Below the pieces are notes generated by a model. It ran no database searches. It worked only from the letters and a program-made list of their open reading frames with translations, and was not told the DNA's origin. 64,000 nucleotides of DNA, taken from NCBI GenBank assembly GCA_963825525.1, contig CAWGTN010000002.1, positions 1,954,508-2,018,507 of the forward strand, given 5' to 3'. The number at the start of each line of letters is the position of its first letter. Positions within the stretch are counted from its first letter, which is position 1. Source of the DNA: an uncultured Chloroflexia bacterium (GTDB taxonomy: Bacteria; Chloroflexota; Limnocylindria; QHBO01). Below, in pieces: positions 20,807 through 31,336 of the stretch. The position numbers and the translations under genes were made by a program.

Positions 20807-23326
20807 GTGGACCGTGGGATAGGCCACCGTCCTCGGATCCGGATGACAGCTGGCCAAGCGAGGATCTTCGAGAGGGATCGTCTGGCACGCCCTCGAGAGA
20901 TGGCTGGCCTCCCGCTGATCCGTGGGGCTCGTCCGATTCGGACACCTCATCGGGCTGGGGCGCATGGCCTCCGCCATCACCGCCAGAGGAGAGCCTGCCG
21001 GACGATGCCGACCTCCCGGTCGCCGACCCGTGGGCCGAGTCCTGGACCGATGACCCCGAGGCCCCGGCCGAGCCGACTCGCGATCCCGCGCCGCGCGAGC
21101 CCGAGCCGTGGGTATCCCGCGAACCGGCCCGAGCCGAGCCGTGGATGCCAACCGAGGACCCATGGACGCTCCACGTCCCAACGGAGCTGCCGCCATCGTC
21201 CGAATGGAGTCCGCCCGAGCCGGCTCGCGACGCGATCCGGGAGCCCGAGCCGGAGTCAGTCGACGACGAGGACGACATCGAGGCGAGAGCGCCGTCGCCC
21301 GCTCCCGTGCGGCCGTGGGAGCCGGAGCCCGAACCTGCGCCAGATCCAGAGCCCGAGCGACCTGCGGGCCGCATCCGAGGCAGACGCCTGGCCGGCGGAA
21401 GAGCCGGCCCCACCGCCCCAGCCCGACGTGGTGCCAAGCCCAACGTTCTCCAGGCGCGAGGCGCCCCTCCCGTCGTGGCTGGAGCCAGAACCAGAGCTGG
21501 AGCCCGAACCGGAACCCGAGCCCGAGCCGGAGACCGGAACCGGAACCGGAACCCGAGCCCGAGCCGGAGCCCGCACCAGAACCGGAACCCGAGAGCCGGC
21601 CCGAGCCGGACGTGGCGACGCCCTCATGGGACCCCGATATCGACGCGGATGCGGAAACACCTCGTCCGTCCTGGCTGGGCGGCTTTTCACTGCGAGGACG
21701 CACCGCCGAGCCCGCACCTGACCAGGAGCAGGCGCCGGAACCCGAAGGCCGACGTGTCGGGCATCGTTGCCCCGGAGCAGGCTGGCGAGCCTCACGTGCC
21801 CGAATCTGAGTTCGAGCCGGAGCCGGAGCCGGAACCCGAACCTGAGCCAGAGCCAGTACCCGAGCCGGAGCCGGAGCCGGAACCTGAGCCAGAGCCAGTA
21901 CCCGAGCCGGAGCCGGAGCCGGAACCCGAACCTGAGCCAGAGCCAGTACCCGAGCCCCATTTCGAGCCGGAATCTGAGCCTGAGCTCGAGGGCGAGGCCG
22001 AGCCATCGTTTCCCGCGCCGCCGCGCGAGTGGCCCGAGCTCGGCGAGTCCACGCAGGTCCTGCCCTCGACCTGGTCACCATCCGAGCCAACGCCGGCACC
22101 GGCCCCCGAGCTTTCTCCGCAGCTGGGACGGATCAAGGTCTCTCTCGCCCGACCCGAGAGCGCCGCGTCGACCGAGGTCGGAGGAGGAGCCGACGACCGC
22201 CGAACAGGCAGTTCCGTGGCTCATCGGCATCATCCTGCTGCTGGCCGGGATGGTCATCGTGCTCCTGGCCCTCATCTTTGCCGGCGATGCGTCACTGGGC
22301 AGCAGCGGAGCCGGGCCATCGGCAAGCGGGCTCGGCCTGATTCCCAGCACTGGACCGAGCGGCAGCGTCGCTCCCAGCGCGACGGCGACGGCACGTCCAT
22401 CGGCGAGCGCCGGCACTCCGGCCCCTGCCACCCCGACGCTGGCGCCGATTCCGGAATACGGCCCGCTTGAGATGGTCTACCAGGGTCGCAGCGCTGCCCT
22501 GGCTCCCATCTACCTTCTGCTCAGGGACTTCACCACGGACGTCGACACGCAGGAAGTCCTCGCGCAGGATCCGACGCTCGACGTCCGCCGCTTCGCGTGG
22601 GCCCGTGACGGGGTGGCTGGCGCCGGCCTCCTGGCTGACGTCCTCGTCTCGATCGAGCCGGGGAAGGAGAAGCGCCGGCTCGCCGATGGGATCAGCACCA
22701 TCGCGTTCGGCAGTGACGGAGCGACGCTGTACGCCGCGCGGGTGACCCAGGATGGCGGCAATGACGTCGCCACCATCTTCGAGATCGACTACGCGAGCGG
22801 CGAGACCGCGGAGCTGGCTGCGGTCAGCTATCCGAGACCTACCCTCGGCCAGGAGGAGGCGCTGGCCGAGGCTCAGTTCACCGACGAGGGCGGTCCCGTG
22901 CGCCTGTACTGGGTGGAGGGCGGCACCCTCCGCCTGTGGGCCCTGGGCGCCGGGACCTGGCAGATCGATCCTGCCGACGGAGCGGTCACCGAGCTGGAGC
23001 CGGACGATCGCCCGACGCTGTGGTCCCCGAACGGCGACCGTTTGATTCGGACCGCGTTTGCCGATGGTTCCAGCACCGTCACGCTCTTTGATGACGCCGG
23101 CGAGGAACAGGTCGCGATCAGCGTCGAGGGTCGCGTGAGCCATGTGCGCTGGGCGCCGGACGGCGAACGGGTCGCATTCACCATCGGGCGATCGGCATCG
23201 GGCGGGGGCGTGCTCCAGGATCTCTTCCTCTGGGACCTCGATGACGCGCCGCCGATGCAGCTGACCACCACCGGAGCGGCGTTCGGTGTCGAGTGGCGTG
23301 GCGGCCAGCCGCTGTGGCGCGACTGA
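20803..23326 (+). CDS. Bitopic membrane protein: long acidic Pro/Glu-rich N-terminus, one TM helix, C-terminal beta-propeller (PD40-like); several frameshifts
   Basis: EPEP-rich text hops frames near 21360, 21530, 21740 and 22180. [16 protein letters not shown]..., then WSPNG/WAPDG repeats. GTG overlaps the EamA stop; TGA overlaps the next ATG. Confidence 0.65.
21814..21951 (+). repeat. Coding tandem repeat, 48/42/48-nt units encoding (EP)nVP
   Basis: gagccggagccggagccggaacccgaacctgagccagagccagtaccc repeated three times (middle unit 6 nt shorter). Confidence 0.85.
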
Positions 23327-23658
23327 TGCCGGATATCGTGAACCCGATCGGCGTCGAGCTGGACGAGACCGCGCGCCGCATGAGGATTCGATGGGACGAC
23401 GGACACCTTGGAGAGTGGTCCTGGACCGCTCTGCGACGGGCATGTCCGTGCGCACTGTGCGCCGGGGAGGGGAACCTGCCGGGCGTCGTCACGCTGGAGA
23501 CATTCTTCGACGAGAAGCAGACGACGCTGAACGAGATCCGATGGATCGGGCGCTATGCGCTCGCACCGATCTGGGCGGACGGCCATGACACCGGCCTCTT
23601 CACGTACACGAAGCTGCGCGGCTCATGTGAATGTGCGGAGCACGCGGCGGCCGAGTGA
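23326..23658 (+). CDS. DUF971 / gamma-butyrobetaine hydroxylase-like N-terminal domain protein
   Basis: WDDGH, LRRACPCALC, GRYAL..WADGHDTGLFTY. Confidence 0.85.
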   Translation: MPDIVNPIGVELDETARRMRIRWDDGHLGEWSWTALRRACPCALCAGEGNLPGVVTLETFFDEKQTTLNEIRWIGRYALAPIWADGHDTGLFTYTKLRGSCECAEHAAAE

Positions 23659-23730
23659 GGTCCGGATCGCCCGATGGGACCGTGGCGCCGTCCCTCGGCT
23701 ACCATCGTCGGTGAGCAAGAGGCAGATGTG

Positions 23731-24660
23731 ATGGACGACGAAGCACACGGCGTGATGTTCGTCCACGCCCACCCCGACGACGAGTCGATGGCCACCGGCG
23801 GCGTGATGGCGCGCCTCGTGGCGGAGGGCATGCGCGTCGACCTGGTGACGTGCACCGACGGCGCCGAGGGCGAGATCCACGATCCGACACTGGATCCGGA
23901 GGAGGCTCGGCCACGACTCGTCGAGATCCGCGCCGCAGAGCTGGAATGCTCGGTCGATGCGCTCGGTGGCGGCGGGATACACCATCACCGGCTGGACTAT
24001 CGCGACTCTGGGATGATCGGGACACCCGCCAACGACCATCCCGACTGCTTCTGGCAGGCCGATCTCGTGGAGGCGACGCGCCGGCTGGTGGAGATCGTCC
24101 GGGAGGCACGACCCGCAACGATCGTCACGTACGACGAGAATGGCAACTACGGCCACCCCGACCACATCAACGCCGCCAAGATCGCCCGGCAGGCCTACCA
24201 GGCGTCCCGAAGGGAATCCTGGGCCGTCTCCCGCTTCTACGAGATCGCGTTCGTGCGCGAGCGATGGTTCGAGCTCATGGCCGCCATGAAGGAACGCGGC
24301 ATCGCACTCCCCTGGGACCTCGACGAAGCCGTGCCGACCCCGGCGGATGAGCTCAATCCGACGAACGCGGCGGCGCTGGCCCAGGTCGCCGAGGCCCTGG
24401 ATGCACCGGCCGACGAGGCGTTCGAGTTCGGTCGCGCGGACGCCGAGGTCACGACACGGGTTGACGTCTCGGGCCACCTCGAGGCCAAGCGACGCAGCAT
24501 GGACTGCCACAAGACCCAGCGGCAGGACCTGGGCTGGCTCCTGGACCTGCCCGATGACCTGGCCGACGGAGCGATCGACACCGAGTCCTTCGTGCTCCGC
24601 TGGCGCGACGGCCTGGAGGTCCCGACCTCCCATCGCGACGTCTGGCTGCTCGACGCATAG
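23731..24660 (+). CDS. PIG-L family deacetylase (MshB/Mca-like)
   Basis: HAHPDDE, CTDGAEGE, YRDSGM, GNYGHPDH, HKTQ. Confidence 0.85.
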   Translation: MDDEAHGVMFVHAHPDDESMATGGVMARLVAEGMRVDLVTCTDGAEGEIHDPTLDPEEARPRLVEIRAAELECSVDALGGGGIHHHRLDYRDSGMIGTPANDHPDCFWQADLVEATRRLVEIVREARPATIVTYDENGNYGHPDHINAAKIARQAYQASRRESWAVSRFYEIAFVRERWFELMAAMKERGIALPWDLDEAVPTPADELNPTNAAALAQVAEALDAPADEAFEFGRADAEVTTRVDVSGHLEAKRRSMDCHKTQRQDLGWLLDLPDDLADGAIDTESFVLRWRDGLEVPTSHRDVWLLDA

Positions 24661-24683
24661 CATCGCGTTACCATCGATCCGCC

Positions 24684-25334
24684 ATGGCGAACCGAACCCT
24701 GACCCTGACCGACGAGATCGTCGACTACGTCCGGCGCGTCGGTGTTCGCGAACACCCGGCACTCGCCGCGGTCCGGGACGAGACGGCCCACCTGCCCGAG
24801 CACGAGATGCAGATCGGCCCCGAGCAGGGCGCCTTCATGGCGCTCCTCGTGCGTGCCACCGGTGCGAGGCGGATCATCGAGATCGGCACATTCACCGGCT
24901 ACAGCTCCACGGCCATGGCCCTGGCGTTGCCGCCCGACGGCACGATGCTGTGCTGTGACGTGAGCGACGAGTGGACCGCCGTTGCGCAGCGGACGTGGGA
25001 GGCGGCCGGTGTCGCGCACCAGATCGAGCTGCGCATCGCGCCGGCTGCAGACACGCTGGCTACGCTTGCCGCCGACGGGTTCGATCTCGCCTTCATCGAT
25101 GCCGACAAGATCGGCTACGACGCCTATTACGAGGGGTGCCTGCGCGTCGTGCGACCCGGCGGCCTCATCCTCATCGATAACGTCCTGCAGGGCGGGAGGG
25201 TCGCCGACCCATCGGACGAGGGGGAGAGCGCGCGGGCCATCCGAGCGCTGAACGAGAAGATCGCCGTCGACGAGCGGGTGGACCACGTGCTCCTCCCACT
25301 GGCCGACGGCCTGACCATGGCGTTCGTCCGCTAG
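24684..25334 (+). CDS. O-methyltransferase (caffeoyl-CoA OMT-like)
   Basis: MQIGPEQG, IEIGTFTGYS, FIDADK, IDNVL. Confidence 0.9.
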   Translation: MANRTLTLTDEIVDYVRRVGVREHPALAAVRDETAHLPEHEMQIGPEQGAFMALLVRATGARRIIEIGTFTGYSSTAMALALPPDGTMLCCDVSDEWTAVAQRTWEAAGVAHQIELRIAPAADTLATLAADGFDLAFIDADKIGYDAYYEGCLRVVRPGGLILIDNVLQGGRVADPSDEGESARAIRALNEKIAVDERVDHVLLPLADGLTMAFVR

Positions 25335-25339
25335 CGGAG

Positions 25340-26650
25340 TTGTCGCTCGAGACCCCGACCCCGGGGGAGCCGTCGCGTGCCGAGATGGGGATGTCACGCC
25401 CCCGACGTCCATCGCTCTGGCGTCACCGCAACTTCCTGAAGCTGTGGTCCGCCCAGACGATCAGCCAGTTCGGCGACGAGATCACGCAGCTTGCCCTGCC
25501 CCTGGTGGCGATCATCACCCTGCAGGCATCGCCATTCCAGATCGGCCTGCTGGGCACCTTCCAGTTCCTGCCGTTCATCCTCCTCACCATTCCGGCAGGT
25601 GTCTGGGTCGATCGCATGCGTCGACGCCCGATTCTCATCGCGGCCGATCTGGGACGCGCTGTCCTGCTCGTCTCGATCCCGGTCGCGTTCATGGGCGGCT
25701 GGCTGACGATGGTCCAGCTCTATGCGGTGGCGTTCGCCGTCGGCTGCCTCGAGGTGTTCTTCGACGTCGCCTACCAGTCGTACCTGCCCGCGGTCGTCGA
25801 GCGGGACCAGCTGGTGGATGGCAACGCCAAGCTCGAGCTCTCGAATTCGGCATCGACCGTCATCGGCCCCGGCGTGGCCGGCTTCCTGGTGGAGCTGGTG
25901 CGGGCGCCGTTCGCCATCCTGTTCGACGCGCTCTCGTACCTCGGCTCGGCCGTCATCCTGTTCTTCATCCGGAGCCCGGAGCCGGCCCCGGAGGTCCACG
26001 ATCCGGCCACCGGCCCGCGACCCACCATGCGGCAAGAGGCGAGCGACGGCATGCGCTACGTCCTGGGCCACCGCTTCCTGCGCTACATCGCCGCCTGCAC
26101 GGGGACCCTCAACCTGTTCGGCAACATCGGCGGCGTCATCATGGTGCTCTACATCGTTCGAGAGCTCGGCATCAACCCGGGCACCCTGGGGCTCATCTTT
26201 GCCCTGGCCAACCTCGGCGTGCTGTTCGGGGCACTGACCGCCGAGCGGTTTGCCCGGTGGTTCGGCCTCGGGCCGACGATCGTGGTGAGCGCGGCCGTCT
26301 CACCGTTCACCCTCGTGCTCGTCGCGCTGGCGCCACGCGACGCGCCGGTCCCATTCCTGGTTGCCGGCGGTGTCATCGGCGCGGCGACCGCGGTCATCTA
26401 CAACATCAACCAGGTCAGCCTGCGCCAGGCGATCACGCCGGAACGGATGCTGGGCCGAATGAACGCCACCATGCGGTTCATCGTGTGGGGCACGATCCCC
26501 ATCGGGTCGATTGCCGGCGGCTTCCTCGGTGGGCTCATCGGTCTGCAGGCGACGATCTGGATCGGCGCCATCGGCTCGTTCATCGCCTTCCTGCCGGTCC
26601 TGTTCTCGCCGGTGCGCTCACTGGTGCGCATCCCGGACGCGGAGGCCTGA
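25340..26650 (+). CDS. MFS transporter
   Basis: NFLKLWSAQTISQFG, GVWVDRMRRR, LGRMNATMR. Start may be 25385 or 25391. Confidence 0.9.
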   Translation: MSLETPTPGEPSRAEMGMSRPRRPSLWRHRNFLKLWSAQTISQFGDEITQLALPLVAIITLQASPFQIGLLGTFQFLPFILLTIPAGVWVDRMRRRPILIAADLGRAVLLVSIPVAFMGGWLTMVQLYAVAFAVGCLEVFFDVAYQSYLPAVVERDQLVDGNAKLELSNSASTVIGPGVAGFLVELVRAPFAILFDALSYLGSAVILFFIRSPEPAPEVHDPATGPRPTMRQEASDGMRYVLGHRFLRYIAACTGTLNLFGNIGGVIMVLYIVRELGINPGTLGLIFALANLGVLFGALTAERFARWFGLGPTIVVSAAVSPFTLVLVALAPRDAPVPFLVAGGVIGAATAVIYNINQVSLRQAITPERMLGRMNATMRFIVWGTIPIGSIAGGFLGGLIGLQATIWIGAIGSFIAFLPVLFSPVRSLVRIPDAEA

Positions 26651-27531
26651 TGACGCTGGATGCGCCGATCGCGCTGCTCCGCGGTGGCCGATGCGCTGGA
26701 TGAGCCGATGATCGGCAGCGTCGAGCAGCGCACGCGCTGGCTGCTGATCGAGGATCGAAGCGCATGGGGCAGCGACGCCGTCAAGGACGTCCTTGGGCCG
26801 GAGCTTCCTGCCGCGGCCAAGGCGCGCGGCGTCCGCGTTCTTCTCATCAAGCGCCGAGAGGGCGATCCTCGGCCGATGCGACGCGTCGCGCCATCCTCGT
26901 TGACGTGGTCGAGCGCCGGGCGGCCGAGCGTCAGATTGCAGACCTTGCCGAGCTCGACCTGTCGGAGATCACCGACGCACCGGTCGAGGCCTTCGGCCGC
27001 GCCGTGACCGATCCGATCTTCCTCGTCTGCACCAATGGGAAGCGCGACGCGTGCTGCGCGTTGCGAGGTCGCGCCCTCATGGCGGCGTTGGCGGTCAAGC
27101 ATGGCGACCGAACGTGGGAGTGCACGCACCTGGGCGGGCATAGATTCGCCGGCAACCTCGTGTGCCTGCCGGACGGAATCGTCTACGGGCGGGTCGCGCC
27201 GGCGGACGGTCCGAGGCTGGCGTCCGCCTACCTCGATGGAGTTCTGGACCCGTCGCTCCTGCGCGGACGCTCTGCCTGGCCGGCGCCGGCCCAGGTCGCG
27301 GAGCAGCACCTGCGCCTGGGGGCCGGGCTTGGTGACCTGGATGACGTGACGATGCGGGAGTGCGAGGTAGCGGACGGGTCGGCGCGCGTCATCCTTGCCG
27401 ATGGGGATGGCACGCTCCACCGATTCGAGCTGCAGGCAGAGCGATTGGAGCCCCAGCGCGCGGTGAGCTGCGCCGGCGACAAGATCGAGGCGCCGGTGCA
27501 CTGGCGCGTGACGCCCGGTGCCACACTCTGA
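26650..27531 (+). CDS. Sucrase/ferredoxin-like protein; two frameshifts (~26670, ~26870)
   Basis: RCS..EPMIGS..WLLIE, FLVCTNGKRDACCA, WECTHLGGHRFA, YGRV, LRGRS. Confidence 0.8.
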
Positions 27532-27553
27532 TCTCATGGGGCGTCTGGGGGGC

Positions 27554-29035
27554 ATGTATCGGCTGGCCGGCGTCGTCATCCTGACCATCTGCGTGGCATG
27601 CGACGCTGCACCGAGCCCGCCTGCCAGCGAAAACGCTGCGTCCACCGCTCCTTCATCGAACGAGACCGTCGATGCCAGCGAGCAGCTGGCCGGGATCGCG
27701 TGGTGGCGGACGGAGCTCATGGGATTCGGTGTGATCCCGGAAGCGCCGATCGACCCGAATCCACCGCTCAACCCGGGTGGGTACCGGGAATTGGTCGTGG
27801 GCACACTGGATGGTCGGGTGACCGCTGTCATGGCGCTCCACGATGCCTGGTCACGTTCCTCCGTGTCCGGCCCATACGGGACGGATGTGCTGGTTGCGAA
27901 CGATGTGGGCACGCAGTCCGAGGTCTTCATGATCTCCGCGCGTGACGGCACACGGCGCGACCTGTTTGCAAGCGACGCGATCGTGGCCGCCGCAGCCGTG
28001 GGCGACGGAGGCCGGTCCGTCTACTACCTGGAGCTGGACCGCGGGTCGCTGATCTCCACAGGGCTCTTTCGGCGGCCGATCGAGGGTGGGCCGCCCGAGC
28101 TCGTCCTCGAGGGCAGCATCACCGAGGACTCCCCCGAGCCGGTCGTGTACTGGGTCACCGCCGATCCGATCGTCGACCGGGTCGTGGTGCAGTGGTGCTT
28201 CGGCCAGGTCCAGTGCACGTCGTACCTCCTGGATCCCCGCGACGGCTCGTTCGTCACCCAAGACACCCTGGGGTGGCCCCTCGGAGCCGGACCGACAACG
28301 TTCTTCGGAAATGGGCTCGCCTCGAGCCCGAACGCGCTCGCGTGGCGCACAGGGAGCGGGGAAGTGGACACCGTCGCCGGCGCCCGTCACAGCGTGCCGG
28401 TGGCCACGGGCGGTGGCTGGCGGTTCGTCCGCGACGAGGAGGGTGATCTGGAACAGCACACGGTCCTGGTGGGACCCGCAGGTCGAGAGGAGCGGATCCC
28501 GGGGGCTGACCCCGCCCTATCGACGATCGGGACGCTCGGCGAGAACCGCGGCGTGGCGCTTCCTCCCGGATGGGTCCTGCGCTGGCCCGGCGCACGGTTC
28601 TTCAGCGTGGAGGAGGGGCCCCCGGGTGGTGATGGCCAGCTGATCGCGGTCGGGACCGGGCAGCGGGTGACGCTTCCGCGGCCCGAGCTGGTGGTCACCG
28701 TCGCACCAACCTGTGAGCCGCCAATTCCGTCCGAGATGCCGGGTGGTCAACGCGCCGGGCCGGGTGTTCGGGAGCTCCTGGCCGGCCGTCGCACCATTCG
28801 GTGGGGAACTGGTGAAGACCGGGTGATCCTCGCACCGGGTCACGACGCGCTTGCGGGCGCATCCGATGGCGAGCCCGTCGTCGTGCGAGGCCACGAGGGC
28901 CGGCTCACTGCCGTCGGTGACGAGGGGGTGGGCGAGGTGCTCTTCACCTGGAGCGATGGCACGTGCGCGAACACGGTGTGGTTGGCCCCGGGGACCACCC
29001 TGGACGAGGCACGCGACTACGCCGAGCGCTACTGA
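27554..29035 (+). CDS. Hypothetical secreted/lipoprotein, beta-rich
   Basis: Signal peptide ending CVAC; long ORF with host-like codon usage. Confidence 0.6.
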   Translation: MYRLAGVVILTICVACDAAPSPPASENAASTAPSSNETVDASEQLAGIAWWRTELMGFGVIPEAPIDPNPPLNPGGYRELVVGTLDGRVTAVMALHDAWSRSSVSGPYGTDVLVANDVGTQSEVFMISARDGTRRDLFASDAIVAAAAVGDGGRSVYYLELDRGSLISTGLFRRPIEGGPPELVLEGSITEDSPEPVVYWVTADPIVDRVVVQWCFGQVQCTSYLLDPRDGSFVTQDTLGWPLGAGPTTFFGNGLASSPNALAWRTGSGEVDTVAGARHSVPVATGGGWRFVRDEEGDLEQHTVLVGPAGREERIPGADPALSTIGTLGENRGVALPPGWVLRWPGARFFSVEEGPPGGDGQLIAVGTGQRVTLPRPELVVTVAPTCEPPIPSEMPGGQRAGPGVRELLAGRRTIRWGTGEDRVILAPGHDALAGASDGEPVVVRGHEGRLTAVGDEGVGEVLFTWSDGTCANTVWLAPGTTLDEARDYAERY

Positions 29036-29041
29036 CTGGCG

Positions 29042-29470
29042 CTACGGCCTGGGCGGATCCAGCTCCTGGAACACCGTGATCTGGACTCCGGCCGGCGCCT
29101 CGAGCCGTGAGTTGAGCGACCGCCAAGGTGTCTCGACGGGCGGCGCGATGAGCTCGGCGCCACCGGCCACCAGGGCCTGGGTCGTGGTCGCAGCATCGGC
29201 GACCTCGAATGCCACGCGGAACTTCGGAGCAACCGGACGCCCCACCTCGACGCGGTCGATGAACGCCTTCTGGGCCGGATTCGCCAGCTCGAGGGTCGCC
29301 CGACCGGCGTCCAGGATGGTCACGTGGGCGCCGTCCTCGCCGTCGAATGAACCTTCTTCCCGCAGGCCGAGCACGTCGCGATAGAAGCGCACCGCCTCCT
29401 CGTAGTCCTCGGCTTCCACCACGAGGCGCATCTGGAGCACCGGCTTGGATGGTCGATTCTGGTCATGCAT
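29042..29470 (-). CDS. VOC/glyoxalase family protein
   Basis: AVRFYRDVLGL, RVAFEV, PVETPWRSLNSRL. Confidence 0.85.
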   Translation of the reverse strand: MHDQNRPSKPVLQMRLVVEAEDYEEAVRFYRDVLGLREEGSFDGEDGAHVTILDAGRATLELANPAQKAFIDRVEVGRPVAPKFRVAFEVADAATTTQALVAGGAELIAPPVETPWRSLNSRLEAPAGVQITVFQELDPPRP

Positions 29471-29523
29471 GCGGCCCATCGAACACGACGACGGTTCCCG
29501 GCGCAAGGCCGTACCCTGCCGGC

Positions 29524-30678
29524 ATGCAGGAACCCATCCGCACGGCGCTCATCGAGGCTGCCGACCGCTGGGGCACGCCTCTGTACGTCACCGATCTCGA
29601 CGCCGCGGCCGCGAATGCACGCGCCTGGCAGGATGCGCTTCCAGGTGCCCTGGTCGCCTACGCCGTCAAGGCGAATCCGGATCCGGCGCTCCTGCGCCGG
29701 CTGGCCGCCGATGGCTTCGGATTCGAGGTCGTCGGCCCGGTCGAGCTTGCGATGGCTCGTCGCGCGGGCGCGCCGGCCGAGCGAATCGTGGTCAACGGCG
29801 TCGGGCCGACCGATGCCCACCTGGCCGATGCGTTGGCGGGTGGCGCGCTGGTCAATGCCGAGTCGCTCAGCGCGCTCGATGCGCTCCTGGGGGCAGGCAC
29901 GGGCCGCATCGGCCTTCGCGTGAACCCGGCCATCGATGCCGCAACCCATGCCCATCTCGCCACGGGATCGGCCGATGCGAAGTTCGGGATTGGTCTGGAC
30001 GAGGTTGCCGACGCGATCGCGGGGCTCGGTCGGACCGGCCGAGGAGCGCCCGACGCCATCGGCGCCCACATCGGATCCGACATTGGCGACCCGGCGCCGT
30101 TCGGCCGGCTGGCCGAGCTGCTGGCACGACTGGCCGACGACATCGGCGTCGAGCGGATCGACATGGGTGGGGGATTCAACGGGCCGATCGCCGAATGGGC
30201 AGCCGCGGTCACCGAGCATATCCCGCAGACCGAGCGTCTGATCGTCGAGCCCGGACGGAGCGTGGCGGCCGACGCCGGCTGGCTGCTCACCCGGGTGGTC
30301 CGCGTGCAGGCCCGGGGCCATCTCATCGCCGATGCCGGAATGACCGAGCTCATTCGCCCGATGCTCTACGGGGCGCAGCACCCGGTGGACCTCCTCACCG
30401 AGGGAGCGAGGCTTCCCGAAGGTCGCTCCTGGACCCTGTCCGGCCCGATCTGTGAAGCCGGAGACATCCTGTCCGGGGACCCGGACCTCGGTCCGATGGC
30501 CGGCGAGGGTTCGCTGCTGGCCATCGGCCAGGCAGGTGCGTACGGCGCCGCCATGGCGTCGAACTACAACGGGCGGCTGCGTCCCGCGCAGGCCGTCATC
30601 GAGGACGGCGCACTGCGCCTCAGCCGGCGACGCGAGACGCTCGAGGACGTGATCGCGCGCGATCTTTCGGAGGGCTAG
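29524..30678 (+). CDS. lysA: Diaminopimelate decarboxylase-like PLP enzyme
   Basis: GTPLYV, YAVKAN, LRVNP, AKFG, HIGS, DMGGG, EPGRS, GPICEAGD, GAYG..MASNYN. Confidence 0.8.
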   Translation: MQEPIRTALIEAADRWGTPLYVTDLDAAAANARAWQDALPGALVAYAVKANPDPALLRRLAADGFGFEVVGPVELAMARRAGAPAERIVVNGVGPTDAHLADALAGGALVNAESLSALDALLGAGTGRIGLRVNPAIDAATHAHLATGSADAKFGIGLDEVADAIAGLGRTGRGAPDAIGAHIGSDIGDPAPFGRLAELLARLADDIGVERIDMGGGFNGPIAEWAAAVTEHIPQTERLIVEPGRSVAADAGWLLTRVVRVQARGHLIADAGMTELIRPMLYGAQHPVDLLTEGARLPEGRSWTLSGPICEAGDILSGDPDLGPMAGEGSLLAIGQAGAYGAAMASNYNGRLRPAQAVIEDGALRLSRRRETLEDVIARDLSEG

Positions 30679-31271
30679 CCTCCGGGTGACGGGGAGAAGC
30701 CGTGACCTCCGGTGATCTTCCAGCGCGTCCCGTCATGGGTGAGCCGATAGACGGCGGGGTTCGGCATGGCCATGTGGAACGCGAAGCCGACCTGCGGATC
30801 GAGCGCATGGAGGATGAGGCTGATGAGGTTGCCATGGCTGCCGAGCACCAGCCGCCCGCCATCGGGGTGGCGCGAGCGGAGGAGGTCCAGGATCGCCATG
30901 GCGCGCAGCTGGGCGTCGCGGCCGGTCTCACCGCCGGCGACCGCGAAGTCGGGTTCGCGCCAGGCGCGTTCCAACGTCTCGCGCCAGTCGGCATTCGGCT
31001 CGCCAAGGTTGCGCTCGCGCAGGTCAGCGAGGACCTGGATGGCAATGCCGCGGCGGTGGCCGAGCGCCGACACCGTCTCAAGCGAGCGCTCGTACGGTGA
31101 GCTGTAGACAGCGGTAATGACGAACTCGTCCAGTTCGGTCGCAAGCTCGTCGGCCGCGGCCCGGCCGTCTTCGGTGAGCGGTCGGGTCGTCTCATCGAAT
31201 CCGCGCGTGCCAACCGGCACGGCCTCCGCGTGCCGCACCAGCAGGACATCGAGGGGTGCGAGGCCAGGCAT
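30675..31271 (-). CDS. Histidine phosphatase family protein
   Basis: LVRHAE, SSPYERSLET, LRER, SHGN. Confidence 0.85.
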   Translation of the reverse strand: MPGLAPLDVLLVRHAEAVPVGTRGFDETTRPLTEDGRAAADELATELDEFVITAVYSSPYERSLETVSALGHRRGIAIQVLADLRERNLGEPNADWRETLERAWREPDFAVAGGETGRDAQLRAMAILDLLRSRHPDGGRLVLGSHGNLISLILHALDPQVGFAFHMAMPNPAVYRLTHDGTRWKITGGHGFSPSPGG

Positions 31272-31336
31272 GAGGGGAGTCTACCGGGACCATCGGGCCA
31301 CTGGTGCGCGGCCGCACCGGCGGCACACCATGACGC

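Noticed and set aside
19946-22099. 717-aa and other long antisense ORFs (e.g. 30620-32233, 26398-27951, 51141-52205)
   Set aside because: Shadow ORFs of high-GC coding strands; Arg/Ala/Pro-rich with no motifs and overlapping well-supported genes.
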